Virus record (IMG/VR): IMGVR_UViG_3300027985_000843
Location: 248,001-312,000 of that record
Direction: 5' to 3' (one strand)
Length of the DNA: 64,000 bases
Of the stretch, positions 34,040 to 43,985 are shown piece after piece. Within the stretch, counting starts at the first letter, position 1. Each line of letters begins with the position of its first letter. The translations under genes and the position numbers were made by a program. A model generated the notes under the pieces. The model was not told the origin of the DNA, made no database searches, and worked only from the letters and a program-made list of their open reading frames with translations.

Positions 34040-34900
34040 TTACACCGCTTCGCTCATGCGCCAAACGTATTTGTCGAAAACCTTCTTGATTTCCGGCAGA
34101 TACTTCCGAACCCAGTCGGCCATCGATCCCTTGTTGACCTTCACGTCCGGCCACCACTCGTCAGCGATCTGCTGGTTGGTGTACCCGTCGGCCTTGAACT
34201 GGACGTACTGGACCGCGCGGTCGGGATTGCGAGGATCCACTCTCTTGAGGTCCCGGATGAATGCGGCCTCGTCGCCCATCGCATCCAGGCGGTTCACGAT
34301 CCAGGACATGCTGCGAGGGTCCTCGAACTCCATCTTCGGCTGCTCGTCATCCGAGCCCGAGCCGCCGGGGTCCATCGACACCTCTCGCCTCTGCCTTCGG
34401 CCCTGGGCTCTGAGGAAGTCGATGAGCCGGTAGGCGACGAACTTCGCCACATAGGACTCAGCGCTCTTGAGACTGTCTGCGTCGCTGCCGTCGATGTGCA
34501 GCTTGTTGCCCTCAGCGAGCATGAGCATCAGCTCCCCGACGAACTCCTCGGTGAGGTCCTCGGTCTGAAGCTTCTTCCGGATCATGCCGAAGAGCTTGCG
34601 AGCGTATTGGCCGCCGTAGCCTTTGGGGATGAGCTTCCAGGCGTTCCGTCCAGCCCTGACAGCCTTCTCCTGGAGTTCCTCCCCAGGCTGCCCGTTGATG
34701 ACCATGCCGGGGACACCTGCCTTCAGGAACTCGGAGTAGATGATCCGAGCGATCATGTCCTTCGTGCCGTCGTATGCATCGGAGAAGTGTTCCAGCATCA
34801 CACCGAAGCGATACTCGAAGGGCAGGGATGCGTAGATCTTTCGGGCCGTGAGGCTGGCCTGGCTGGCGAGCTTGAGCTGGTTGGCTGACAGTTTCCGCAT
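34040..34900 (-). CDS. ECF-like sigma factor with long N-terminal extension
   Basis: sigma2-like YVAKFVAYRLIDFLR; sigma4-like DGYTNQQIADE. Confidence 0.65.
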   Translation of the reverse strand: MRKLSANQLKLASQASLTARKIYASLPFEYRFGVMLEHFSDAYDGTKDMIARIIYSEFLKAGVPGMVINGQPGEELQEKAVRAGRNAWKLIPKGYGGQYARKLFGMIRKKLQTEDLTEEFVGELMLMLAEGNKLHIDGSDADSLKSAESYVAKFVAYRLIDFLRAQGRRQRREVSMDPGGSGSDDEQPKMEFEDPRSMSWIVNRLDAMGDEAAFIRDLKRVDPRNPDRAVQYVQFKADGYTNQQIADEWWPDVKVNKGSMADWVRKYLPEIKKVFDKYVWRMSEAV

Positions 34901-34947
34901 GAGGTTCCTCTATGCTCCGAGAGGCATAGAAGAACTATAGCCGATCG

Positions 34948-35859
34948 TCAGCCAAACGCAGCCTGTTGTTGCCTCTTCAGACGCTCTTTCGACTTGGCCT
35001 GGGCCTTCTTCACCGCTTCGGTGAGGGAGTAGCCCTGACCTATCAGCGTCAAGGTGTCGATGTTCCGCTGCGGTCCGTCGTTGCAAGATTTGCCCTGCTT
35101 GACGAGAAGGTCCAGCACCTCAGCGCCCTGCTCCGATCCGAGGTCGATGTTCGCCTTCTGGATCTGTCGAGCCAGGTCGATGATGTCCTCACGGTCGAGG
35201 GTCATTGCCTCGGTAATGCTGTCCTCCCAACACGTCTGGTTCTCCAGATCGGCCGAACGGCGATACTCACCAGCAGAGGTCGGGACGAGGCCGGTCGTGT
35301 GAGCGATCGGGTGGTCCCTGTGCTTGCGATTCCGTGTCCGACAGAAGTTCGCAAAGGCGTTGTGGACAGCCTGTTCCAGATACGCCTTGAAGCCCTTGGC
35401 TGTCATTCGAGGGCGGACTCGTTCTGATCGAGTCTTGTCCCCGAGGTAATCCAAGTCCAAGTCGAGGATGTCGACCGTCCAGAAGACAGCGGTGCGCCCA
35501 AACTTCTTGCCAGCAATGGGGTCGATGCAGTGCGGAAACCGGAAGAGCGTGCCCTTCCAAACCCCCTCGGTAATCCCCAAGAACGAGAGTGCTTCCACAG
35601 TGGTCATTGTCATCGGCAGCTTGACAGACCCGGAGGTGTGGAACTTGTTGAGAACATCCGCTGCCATGAGCTTGGTCCAGACGTCTTGGACCAAGTCCTC
35701 GAAGTTACCCTCCACTCGGTTGTAGTTTCGTACCTTCGCGGCCACAAAGGTGCCGTACTGCTCGTACAGTGCCTTGTAGTCCTCCGGCACATCCAGAGGC
35801 TTCTCCGACGTGTACGGAGCCGGTCCCAAAAGGGCCTCATCCCATTCAACATACGCCAT
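34948..35859 (-). CDS. ECF-like sigma factor (sigma2 split by an insertion)
   Basis: FEDLVQDVWTKL and FKAYLEQAVHNAFANFCR; C-terminal GYSLTEAV. Confidence 0.7.
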   Translation of the reverse strand: MAYVEWDEALLGPAPYTSEKPLDVPEDYKALYEQYGTFVAAKVRNYNRVEGNFEDLVQDVWTKLMAADVLNKFHTSGSVKLPMTMTTVEALSFLGITEGVWKGTLFRFPHCIDPIAGKKFGRTAVFWTVDILDLDLDYLGDKTRSERVRPRMTAKGFKAYLEQAVHNAFANFCRTRNRKHRDHPIAHTTGLVPTSAGEYRRSADLENQTCWEDSITEAMTLDREDIIDLARQIQKANIDLGSEQGAEVLDLLVKQGKSCNDGPQRNIDTLTLIGQGYSLTEAVKKAQAKSKERLKRQQQAAFG

Positions 35860-35898
35860 AACACCACCCTCTCACTCGGAGTCTGTTTCTCGTGCTCG

Positions 35899-35927
35899 TA
35901 CTACGACAGGGACTCGAAACAGTTCGG
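35899..35927 (-). promoter_or_regulatory. ECF-type promoter-like motif upstream of the sigma genes
   Basis: CCGAAC-N16-CGTAGTA. Confidence 0.75.
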
Positions 35928-36085
35928 TAGATTTTTCCCCTACCCCGAGTCTCACTGTCCTAGCCCACCGACGGCCCCAGAGTCAAAGCATTTTTTCTGC
36001 CCGTGTCACTTTTTTGGGGACCCTGGAAAAACCAATTGGGTTTCGGATGCTTGCGTAACCCGTTCACCTGCTGTACACAAAAGAG

Positions 36086-36601
36086 GTGAATTTCGAGCGA
36101 ATTCTCACAGAAACTGAGGCCCTGTCGGCAGCGGCTTCTTTCCTCCGAGGTGACGAAGATCTAGATGTGGTGAGACACCACACACGTAGGTCTCTTCAGC
36201 ACCATGGAGGGCGCACATTCCCTGACGAAGTCACTCGCTACGCAATGCATAGGATCCTCGGGGAGGCCATTCCCTCTCCATCCGCCAGGATCCCAACCAG
36301 CCCACTACCGAAACACACACTCTACCGAGCTATCCGGGCATGGCTCACTTGGTGTAACCAAGAGGACCTGGCTCCTGCTCTTGAGGACCTCGACCAGCTG
36401 GGCCGGATGATCACCAAGAAGTCCCGGAAGGACAATCTCCGTATGCTCACCCTGCGGCCCTGGGTTCAAGCCATCGAGGCTCTTCTGTCAGATCAGACCG
36501 AGAAGTCGCAGCTTCTGTTCCGCCGATCTGTTGAGCTGGGAAGCCAGTATGGCACCGAGCCCGTCACCCAGTGGATCTACGTCGCTTCTTTCATTCGCTG
36601 A
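36086..36601 (+). CDS. hypothetical helical protein
   Basis: 171 aa, GTG start. Confidence 0.6.
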   Translation: MNFERILTETEALSAAASFLRGDEDLDVVRHHTRRSLQHHGGRTFPDEVTRYAMHRILGEAIPSPSARIPTSPLPKHTLYRAIRAWLTWCNQEDLAPALEDLDQLGRMITKKSRKDNLRMLTLRPWVQAIEALLSDQTEKSQLLFRRSVELGSQYGTEPVTQWIYVASFIR

Positions 36602-37140
36602 ATTCGTGTTCGTGTTCGTGTCATCTACTACTATGTGATTCGCATCGTTCTCACTGTCGTTCGTACGATTGCTGGGGTTGTTGTTTTTGGCTTGGGTATT
36701 GGTATTTGGGGTTCCAGGTTTCGGAAAGATCTTCCAAATGACCTCTTCTCCTAAAGAGAAGAGGTCTAGATCAAGATCACTTGATCCAAGTTCCATTTGG
36801 AGCGAGAGAGCAGAGGAGGCTGTCTCACGCATTCCCTTACTTCGTCCGCCACCCTCATGGGGTGTAGAGAACGACAGACCGATCCTGTCTGTCGATCCTC
36901 GCCGGTCCATTGGCCCCTTGGCTCCAGAACGGGGGTACAGATCGTCGGCACGGCATCCAGAGCCGAAGCTCTGGCCTGGACAGTTGGACTGCTTACGCAG
37001 AACGCCCTGAAGCTTGCTCTCGGCAGCGTTCTGGCTCCCTCTTCGGGAGATATGGCGAGTCCTGGCAACCACGATCGTGCACCATACACCAACGCGACCG
37101 GTGTATGGTTAAATTTGTTGTCGACCTTCTCGGAGGAAGC

Positions 37141-37461
37141 ATGCTCAGCGTAGTAAAGCTGCTGGAAGTAAAGGGCGAGCCCCGAATCAAATTGGACCTG
37201 CCGGATTCCCTGCGAGTCGGCGATCCACTGGCATTGAAGTTCAGGGTGGTCAGAACCAATGAAGGTGGCCGGACCGAGGAGCTTCAAGTGGACACTCGGT
37301 TCCGGGTCAAGGCCATCGGCGTAGATGCCTCTGAGGGGCCCTCAAGGCGGCTCCTGAGCGTCGAACCCATCGAGGGGGTACCCAAGTGGCGGTCGGTCAA
37401 GAAAACGCCGCCTGAGGGCCGTAGGCTGCCTCCATCGAAGTTCCCTAGGACGCCCGTATGA
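37141..37461 (+). CDS. hypothetical protein
   Basis: GGAGG SD, GGTGTATGGT upstream. Confidence 0.6.
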   Translation: MLSVVKLLEVKGEPRIKLDLPDSLRVGDPLALKFRVVRTNEGGRTEELQVDTRFRVKAIGVDASEGPSRRLLSVEPIEGVPKWRSVKKTPPEGRRLPPSKFPRTPV

Positions 37462-37772
37462 TGTTCGAACCCGAGCGGACCGTCGAGCTGAACCCTGATG
37501 AGCCTCTGTCGATCTGGATGCCGGCTCGATACCAGACGACCATCCCGGACTCGTATCGAGGCACACCCCTGGAGATCGTCCAGCAGATGGCCGACAACAT
37601 GCGGCCCGGGCTCGGCATCCACGAAGCCATCAATCTGATCACGAACAGCCTGGCCGAAAGACAGATCGCCCTCCCGGACACGCGTAGGCTGCCGTCCGAA
37701 AAAATCCGAGCTACTGCCTTCGTGGTGACCTTGCTCCTCTTGGGAGTCGCAAGGCACACTCCGAAAGCTTAG
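37458..37772 (+). CDS. hypothetical protein
   Basis: 104 aa, coupled. Confidence 0.55.
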   Translation: MMFEPERTVELNPDEPLSIWMPARYQTTIPDSYRGTPLEIVQQMADNMRPGLGIHEAINLITNSLAERQIALPDTRRLPSEKIRATAFVVTLLLLGVARHTPKA

Positions 37773-38236
37773 GCTTTCCCGCCCTGCATGACCTGCAACT
37801 CTGGCTGATCCATGGCAGCGGCCACCATCTTCGCGGCCTCTTCCTCGTCTTGACGAATCTGCTGGTAGAAGTTGTCGCCCGTCCCGAGGATATAGTTTGC
37901 CACGGCACCAAAATCGCCGAAATCGAAACTGTGATCAGGGCGCATATCGCGGACGCTCATCTGGTTCTCTTCCACCGGATGCGGACCCACCCAGGTTTCC
38001 ACGAAGATGTTCTGCTTTTCGTATTCTTCGGACATCTGGAAGTGCAGGCAGCGGTGCTTCCAGTCTGGGTGGAACATACGTAAGAGAGCCTTGCCGTCGT
38101 GGACCTCCGTCTCGACGTCGAAGACGTAGCGGTCACCGTCGAAGTCTGCGAAGAGGGGCTCGATTGTTCCTAGGAACCGGACGAGATTCAGTATCTGTTG
38201 GGGCAGCCCGAAGGTCGGGTCAGCACACGCTTGCAT
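37769..38236 (-). CDS. hypothetical protein
   Basis: AAGGAG SD and ECF-type motif upstream. Confidence 0.65.
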   Translation of the reverse strand: MQACADPTFGLPQQILNLVRFLGTIEPLFADFDGDRYVFDVETEVHDGKALLRMFHPDWKHRCLHFQMSEEYEKQNIFVETWVGPHPVEENQMSVRDMRPDHSFDFGDFGAVANYILGTGDNFYQQIRQDEEEAAKMVAAAMDQPELQVMQGGKA

Positions 38237-38257
38237 GGATGTCTCCTTTCCTGCCTG

Positions 38258-38287
38258 TACTACGACACCACCGGGGGCAATGTTCGG
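38258..38287 (-). promoter_or_regulatory. ECF-type promoter-like motif
   Basis: CCGAAC-N17-CGTAGTA. Confidence 0.7.
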
Positions 38288-38701
38288 TCAGGGTCGGACG
38301 AAAACCACTCGGCGCACGTTGTAGGTTCTTGTGGCGGATGTGCCCGGGCCGTAATAGGACGTGGTCGTGCCCGTGGCGGTCGTGTAGGCGGCCGTGTAGC
38401 TTCCGACGATCACCACCGTCTGGATGGGCCTCTGGACGGGCGGTTGCATTTGCAGCTCCTTCACCTTGGCGGCGAGGAGCCCGAGGATCTTGAATTTCTC
38501 CTCGGCGGTCGGATCGTCTTGGTTGTGGTCCGGATGGTACTTGAGGGCCAGCTTGCGGAACTGCTTGCGGACGTCCTCTTTGAGCTGCTCCAGGGCCTTG
38601 CACGCGGCCGGGTAGGGCAGCCGTTGGATACCAAGCAACCTCTCAGGGGTGGCGCCCAGCTCTATCTGAATCTGGTGAATGAGACTCGGGTCCATCACCA
38701 A
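38288..38701 (-). CDS. J-domain (DnaJ-like) protein
   Basis: [10 protein letters not shown]...AEEKFK. Confidence 0.85.
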   Translation of the reverse strand: MVMDPSLIHQIQIELGATPERLLGIQRLPYPAACKALEQLKEDVRKQFRKLALKYHPDHNQDDPTAEEKFKILGLLAAKVKELQMQPPVQRPIQTVVIVGSYTAAYTTATGTTTSYYGPGTSATRTYNVRRVVFVRP

Positions 38702-38719
38702 GAGGGTAGCACAAGTGAG

Positions 38720-39430
38720 TCAGTGCTTGAGAACCTCTGTGCCCCCGCTCGAATCGTAGCGGCCCCCATCGAAGGGATTCAGCTTCGGCTTCTTCTCGTG
38801 GACGTCGTCCGCTGAGAACCCACTGGTACGAATCTCGGAGGACACAGGGCCCGATGCCCGGTCGCCCGTGTAGTGACCCTCGTACAGGTCGGGCTTGCCC
38901 GTGATCTCGTGGAAACGGATCTGGCAAATGCGCATGCCGGGGTAGAGGCGGACAGGAAACCGGCTCGTCACCTCCAGGGTGTACTGTCCGTCGAACCCAG
39001 GGTCGCCGAAACCGGCCGTCTCATGGATGCTCACGAACAGACGTCCGACGGATGACTTGCCGTCGACAATGGGCGTGTAGTAGTCCGTGCGAACACGCTC
39101 ACGCGTGTGCATCAGATAGCCAACCCCCGGCTGGATGACCCACCCCTTCTTGGGGTCGATCTCAAACTCTCGGACCTCGTACTTCTCTCGTACGTCGAGG
39201 GCTCGCATGACCATGACTTGCAGTGTCGACCCGTCGAAGGGGCCGAGCGACTTGTCTCTTGCCCATGCGTCGGCGCCGTCGAGGAATGTCCAGTCCTTGT
39301 AGACGGACACCTTCGAGCCAAGCGTGAGGTCGAGGGACGTGGGGTTGATGTGCCTGGGGTCGAAGGGGTCCACGAAGATGCGGCCCGCGTCGATCTCCCG
39401 CCTGATCGTCGTACCTGCCAATATCGCCAT
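38720..39430 (-). CDS. dcd: dCTP deaminase
   Basis: INPTSLDLTLG, GKSSVGRL, AGFGDPGFDGQYTLE, GMRICQ. Confidence 0.9.
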   Translation of the reverse strand: MAILAGTTIRREIDAGRIFVDPFDPRHINPTSLDLTLGSKVSVYKDWTFLDGADAWARDKSLGPFDGSTLQVMVMRALDVREKYEVREFEIDPKKGWVIQPGVGYLMHTRERVRTDYYTPIVDGKSSVGRLFVSIHETAGFGDPGFDGQYTLEVTSRFPVRLYPGMRICQIRFHEITGKPDLYEGHYTGDRASGPVSSEIRTSGFSADDVHEKKPKLNPFDGGRYDSSGGTEVLKH

Positions 39431-39479
39431 ACCGTGAAGGTTACACCGGAAGAATATCGACCGGTGTATGGTGGTCGGC

Positions 39480-39794
39480 ATGTCCAAGCATTCGAAGCAT
39501 TCGAAGGTCAAGCATCAGAACAAGCATCGCGAGAAGAAGTTCTTGGCCGCCATCAAAAGGTGGCAGGAACTAGACGCCGAACTGGACGAGGTCCAGTTGG
39601 CCTATGACGAGGACGCGGCTCAAAAGTTCGCGGCTGTCCGGTGCGAGTTCCCTGACTACGGGGAGAGCATGATTCGGCTAATCGTGAACACCCGAATCAA
39701 CAAGGACCTCAAGCGGAAGCTTCACCGTTGCAACCGTGTGACGGAGGTTGCCCGGATGACAGCCCTCCACTACGTCTACGGTCGCGGCCTCTAG
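39480..39794 (+). CDS. hypothetical protein
   Basis: ATG 11 nt after GGTGTA. Confidence 0.55.
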   Translation: MSKHSKHSKVKHQNKHREKKFLAAIKRWQELDAELDEVQLAYDEDAAQKFAAVRCEFPDYGESMIRLIVNTRINKDLKRKLHRCNRVTEVARMTALHYVYGRGL

Positions 39795-40333
39795 CCCCGT
39801 CGGCAGTGCTGGGCCCAGAACAGGATTGACTTGGCGAACTGCTCCGCCGTGAAGGTCGCCTGGGTCCCACCCTCCAGGTGAAGGAAATTGCGGGCCATGG
39901 TCATGGGGTCCATGGGCTCCTCTTCTTCCATGACACGGGCATTGACGCTGATGATCTCCCACTCGGAGTCACAGGACGCCTCCCCGTCCTCGGCGAGGAC
40001 ATCGTGGCGGTACAGGACGATGTCCACGCCCTTCGCGGGGGTCTTGGGGCAGTCGACCGCGACCACCTGCACGAAGGGCTCCTCACCCTCCCTACGGGCC
40101 GCAAATGTGGCCTTCAGAGGCGTACCCTCTTCCAGCTTCATCGTACCCGCCATGAACCGTTCCGGCGGCACAGGCACGAGGATGACGCCGTCTCGGTACC
40201 CGGGCTTGGCTTGGCCGAGGTGGTCTTCTGTGAGCCGCTCCAGCTCCTCCCACGTTCCCTTGAAATGAGAGAAGGGTATCGTGGGGAGGTGGCGGCCTTG
40301 GGCGAAGGGGCTGGTCTGGATTTGCTTGGTCAT
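39791..40333 (-). CDS. DUF3228-family protein
   Basis: PGYRDGVILVPV, VDIVLY, EPMDPMTMARN..GGT. Confidence 0.75.
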   Translation of the reverse strand: MTKQIQTSPFAQGRHLPTIPFSHFKGTWEELERLTEDHLGQAKPGYRDGVILVPVPPERFMAGTMKLEEGTPLKATFAARREGEEPFVQVVAVDCPKTPAKGVDIVLYRHDVLAEDGEASCDSEWEIISVNARVMEEEEPMDPMTMARNFLHLEGGTQATFTAEQFAKSILFWAQHCRRG

Positions 40334-40388
40334 GCCTCACAGACGCGGGTCGGTTCCACTATCTGACGCGGGCGGTGTAGAAATAGAC

Positions 40389-40568
40389 ATGGGCAATCCA
40401 AGACTACCGAAGGTCCCCAAGAATCCGCCAGTGAGCAAGACCGTCCGGATGTCCGAGGAGTTATGGAACACGTTTCAGGGAGAGGCTAGGCTTCGCGGGA
40501 TATCCGTGACGGCCGCCTTCACCGAGGCTGTGGAGCTGTGGCTGAAGAAGGGGGTCACGTCAGGGTGA
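40389..40568 (+). CDS. ribbon-helix-helix DNA-binding protein
   Basis: KTVRMSEELW...F..EA...GIS...AF.EAV. Confidence 0.65.
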   Translation: MGNPRLPKVPKNPPVSKTVRMSEELWNTFQGEARLRGISVTAAFTEAVELWLKKGVTSG

Positions 40569-41778
40569 CAACTAAGGACTTGTCGGGGTCGGCTGGATCG
40601 GTCAAGACGAAGTCCTTGCCCTTCTTGTTCAGGGTCAAGTAGAGCACGTTTCGCAGAACACGCAGCTTCAGGACCTCTCGGGCATTACCGCCTCGAAGCA
40701 CCTCCAGCTGCAATCCCTTCTTGAGGGTGTCCGGCCACTCACCCCGCTTGCTCTTTACAACCAAGGTCGACTTGTCGGGGACAAGGTCACCCCGGGTGGG
40801 TTCTGTCTCGCCTGTCCAATTGATCAGCTGGCCGGCTTGGTCCACGAGCCGGCCAAAGCTCCCGCGAACCAACTCCTCTGCGGACTGGCTAAACACGATC
40901 TTCGTCTGATATTCGTAGTAGTCCATGTGGGAGAACTCCTCGGACTCTCGACGTTCTTCGCTCACCTCATCCTTGCCACCCATGTACTTGGCGAACTTTC
41001 GGATGTCTTCATCCACGAAAGCGTCGTCCTCTGGGACTTCGACATATGAATCCACGTCTTCCGGGTCATAGAACGATTCCGAATCCTCGTCTGTGCCATA
41101 TCGGGAGAAAGCCGGACCGGAGATAGTCATCTCAAGGACAAGCTTGCGTTTGAAGCTGAAGCTAGGGGACCGAAAATCTTCGATCTGTGCTTCTGTGTAG
41201 CCGTTTGCCCGCCGAAGAGCTTCGTAGCACCAGCTGGACAAGTCGACTTTCCGAGCTTCTTCCGTCAGCTTGTCGAGAAGGGTGTCAGCCATCCCCTGAC
41301 GGTAAAATGTGTCCTTGTCCCAGCGGGAGTGCTCGTCCGTGTCGTAGTTGTGTTCGATGGCCTTCTGGATCCACGCTACCCCGCCGGATTGTTTGACGAG
41401 GTAGTTGAGCATGGCGAAGATACCCGAGACAGCTGCGACCTTGGACCGGTCGTAGTTGTGGCAGCCCATCCGGAGATACCATCCGGTCTGCTTCTCGAAT
41501 AGCTCGGCGAGCTGGTCGGCATAGACCATCTCGAATTCTTTGACCTTCTTCGCACCCGAGCCCGACATGTTGAAGAACGTCATGTCGTAGGTGTCATCCG
41601 GTCGAAGCTCAATCTTGCAGGCGTTGCCCTTGCTTCGCTGCTTGTTGGGCCACTTGAAGGTCAGGCTGTTGGCCGTCGTGTTGATGATAGAGCCGCCCAG
41701 CATGACGAGGGCTCGCCGGCCCCCCAGCTGTTGCAGGATGGTGTCAGCGACGCTTGCAGTTCGGTCGTAGTCGGCCAT
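40555..41778 (-). CDS. multi-domain hypothetical protein with DYDR leader and internal NYDRS
   Basis: MADYDRTAS...CHNYDRSKVAA. Confidence 0.75.
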   Translation of the reverse strand: MADYDRTASVADTILQQLGGRRALVMLGGSIINTTANSLTFKWPNKQRSKGNACKIELRPDDTYDMTFFNMSGSGAKKVKEFEMVYADQLAELFEKQTGWYLRMGCHNYDRSKVAAVSGIFAMLNYLVKQSGGVAWIQKAIEHNYDTDEHSRWDKDTFYRQGMADTLLDKLTEEARKVDLSSWCYEALRRANGYTEAQIEDFRSPSFSFKRKLVLEMTISGPAFSRYGTDEDSESFYDPEDVDSYVEVPEDDAFVDEDIRKFAKYMGGKDEVSEERRESEEFSHMDYYEYQTKIVFSQSAEELVRGSFGRLVDQAGQLINWTGETEPTRGDLVPDKSTLVVKSKRGEWPDTLKKGLQLEVLRGGNAREVLKLRVLRNVLYLTLNKKGKDFVLTDPADPDKSLVVTLT

Positions 41779-41781
41779 GGT

Positions 41782-42171
41782 TCACCCCAACAGAGACTGG
41801 AGGGACTTGAGGCACGCCTGCCCGATCTCCATGGCAGCGCTGTCCTCGTCGAAGGTCTTTTCGATCCGCTTCGTCCCCCTCATGGGGTGGGCCAGGGTAA
41901 TCTCGGCCCTGAGGGTGTCCTTCCGCCACGCCAGTTCGATGGTGGCGTTCCAGGCGAAGTCGGATTTGTCGATGCCGTCGATCGTGAGCGTGGGGAACAC
42001 GCCCATGTTGTGGTGCATCGCACCTGCGCCGGGCAGGTGGTTCGCGAGTTCACTCACAGCGGTGATGACGTCATGAGCCCACTGTACCTTGATCTGCCAC
42101 ACGGTCATGTGCTGAAGGTTCAGTGACTTGGTTGCTGTCTTGCCGGAGGTTCTGTCGTAATCGTAGGGCAT
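41782..42171 (-). CDS. hypothetical protein with YDYDR leader
   Basis: MPYDYDRTSGKTA. Confidence 0.7.
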   Translation of the reverse strand: MPYDYDRTSGKTATKSLNLQHMTVWQIKVQWAHDVITAVSELANHLPGAGAMHHNMGVFPTLTIDGIDKSDFAWNATIELAWRKDTLRAEITLAHPMRGTKRIEKTFDEDSAAMEIGQACLKSLQSLLG

Positions 42172-42218
42172 GATCTTCCTCGGTGCTTGTATTACGCCGT
42201 GAGCGGGCGAAAGTTCGG

Positions 42219-43061
42219 CTAGTGATAGTCGTATTTGACCCGGAGCTTGCTCCACAGGTCCCTGAGGGCGTGGATGTCCATCTTCGTGACCGACGTTTCG
42301 TTTTCCATGAGCCAGGCGTAGAAAATGGCCGCGCTCTTCTTGTCCGAGGACCAATAGGAGGTGTCTTGGCGGGCGTGCACCTTGCCGGTCGCCTTGGACT
42401 TCAGGGGTATCGAGCTGGTGACCTGGAACTCCAGGTTGGTCGCTGTCATGTCCAGCTCGTTCTCGCCCACCTTCCACCGCTTCTCGATCTTTCGAATGTC
42501 GCCGGGGCGGACATCGATACCGCGCTCGGCGCTCTCTTCGATGCGGAACCCGTCGACGTCCTCGAAGTATCGCTTGATCGAGTCGTAGCCCCCGCTCGCG
42601 TTGAGCACCACGTACTTGCTGTTGTGCTCCAGCAAATCAGCTTCCTCGACCATTGAATACGTGGTGGTCAGGAGGTGCATGACCCGGACCTTCTTGCCCC
42701 GCTTGCCGGCGTTGGTGAGGTCCCACACTTTGAAGCTGTTGCTGAACCTGTGCACCCGAACCTTGCCGTTTTCCCATGTCTTGCCGAGAGGAATGCCGGA
42801 TGCAGCCTTGCGGAGGAAGATGTCAACAACTTGGTGGGCACTGGCTTCTTTGGTCATCTTGCGAACTTTCAGGAGCGTGAGTGTCTTGGTCTGCCCCTTC
42901 TTGGGCTGACCATCCTTGTCTAGAGGCTGGACCTCAATGGTTGGGTCGCCCTTCTCGTTGGTCCCGAAGCCAATGATCTTGCCCTTGGCGTTCTTGAATT
43001 TCCCGTACAGGACGATGTCTCCGACATTCAGGTAGCCTCCGTGCCGGTCTTGGTGTGCCAT
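42219..43061 (-). CDS. two-domain hypothetical protein (SH3-like N-terminus)
   Basis: 280 aa; internal HQVVDIFLRKAAS linker. Confidence 0.7.
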   Translation of the reverse strand: MAHQDRHGGYLNVGDIVLYGKFKNAKGKIIGFGTNEKGDPTIEVQPLDKDGQPKKGQTKTLTLLKVRKMTKEASAHQVVDIFLRKAASGIPLGKTWENGKVRVHRFSNSFKVWDLTNAGKRGKKVRVMHLLTTTYSMVEEADLLEHNSKYVVLNASGGYDSIKRYFEDVDGFRIEESAERGIDVRPGDIRKIEKRWKVGENELDMTATNLEFQVTSSIPLKSKATGKVHARQDTSYWSSDKKSAAIFYAWLMENETSVTKMDIHALRDLWSKLRVKYDYH

Positions 43062-43064
43062 CTC

Positions 43065-43093
43065 TACTACGCTCGTCCTGTCAGAAGGTTCGG
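43065..43093 (-). promoter_or_regulatory. ECF-type promoter-like motif
   Basis: CCGAAC-N16-CGTAGTA, ATG 3 nt downstream. Confidence 0.75.
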
Positions 43094-43095
43094 GG

Positions 43096-43926
43096 TTATT
43101 TGAACTCGCGGCCTCGGGTCGGAACCCAAATGTCTTGAGTCACATTCCACGTGAGGTAATCCGGGGTCATGATGCAGAAGCCGCCGTCGCCCCAGTCGGT
43201 CCCCCACGAGTTCTTGATGATGAACCCGATCCCTGTCAGGTAGCCAACGATGATCATCGCGTGCCCCCCTACCGTTGCGGATGCATTCGGCCGACTGACG
43301 GGGCCCTCAGTCCGCAAGTTCGTGAAGGCTTCGGTCACACGCGTCCCGAAGACCACCGGGTGATTCGATCGCAGGGCAGAAAGGATCTCGTTGAGCCGAT
43401 CGTCTCCCGTTGCTGTGATTCGATAATAGCTGTGGATCTTGTGTCCGACTGCCCGCCGCATCGCCTTGAGGGTGGGCAGCACGTGCAAGTTCTCAGGCTT
43501 CCCCCACCCATCGAGGTCGTAGGGCCAGAGGCTTTCCTCGCAAATTCCGAACTTGCTCAGGACCTCGAAGCACAGGCGAATGTATGTGCCGTTGTCCTTG
43601 TCGATGTCGCTGCGACCGTCCAGGTCCTCGTCCATGAAGTTGCGGGCGAGGGTGTACACGAACAGGCGGGACAGCTCCACGTGGGGCTTGCCCTCGATGG
43701 AGTTCAGAACTTCGATGGAGTCCGCCGTAGCGTTCCCCGCACACGAGCCCGCCTTGTACTGGTTGGTCGAGGTTGTGTGCCTCCGCAAGTCCACGTCACC
43801 TGAATGGACAGCTGTGAGCCTTGGTTGAAGCTGCGTCTTGAATTCGAAATCCGGCTTTTCCCCAGGCTTTTTCGGGGGGTCTGGCCGGTATCCGAAGGGC
43901 CCGACATGGAGGACTGGAGTAGTCAT
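43096..43926 (-). CDS. papain-like (C1) cysteine peptidase
   Basis: Q...GSCAGNA, GGHAMIIVGY, IKNSWG. Confidence 0.9.
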   Translation of the reverse strand: MTTPVLHVGPFGYRPDPPKKPGEKPDFEFKTQLQPRLTAVHSGDVDLRRHTTSTNQYKAGSCAGNATADSIEVLNSIEGKPHVELSRLFVYTLARNFMDEDLDGRSDIDKDNGTYIRLCFEVLSKFGICEESLWPYDLDGWGKPENLHVLPTLKAMRRAVGHKIHSYYRITATGDDRLNEILSALRSNHPVVFGTRVTEAFTNLRTEGPVSRPNASATVGGHAMIIVGYLTGIGFIIKNSWGTDWGDGGFCIMTPDYLTWNVTQDIWVPTRGREFK

Positions 43927-43985
43927 GCCTTTTGCAAGCGACAAGAAGATCCGCGATTCCTCCGATACCGGTGTATGTCAGGACC

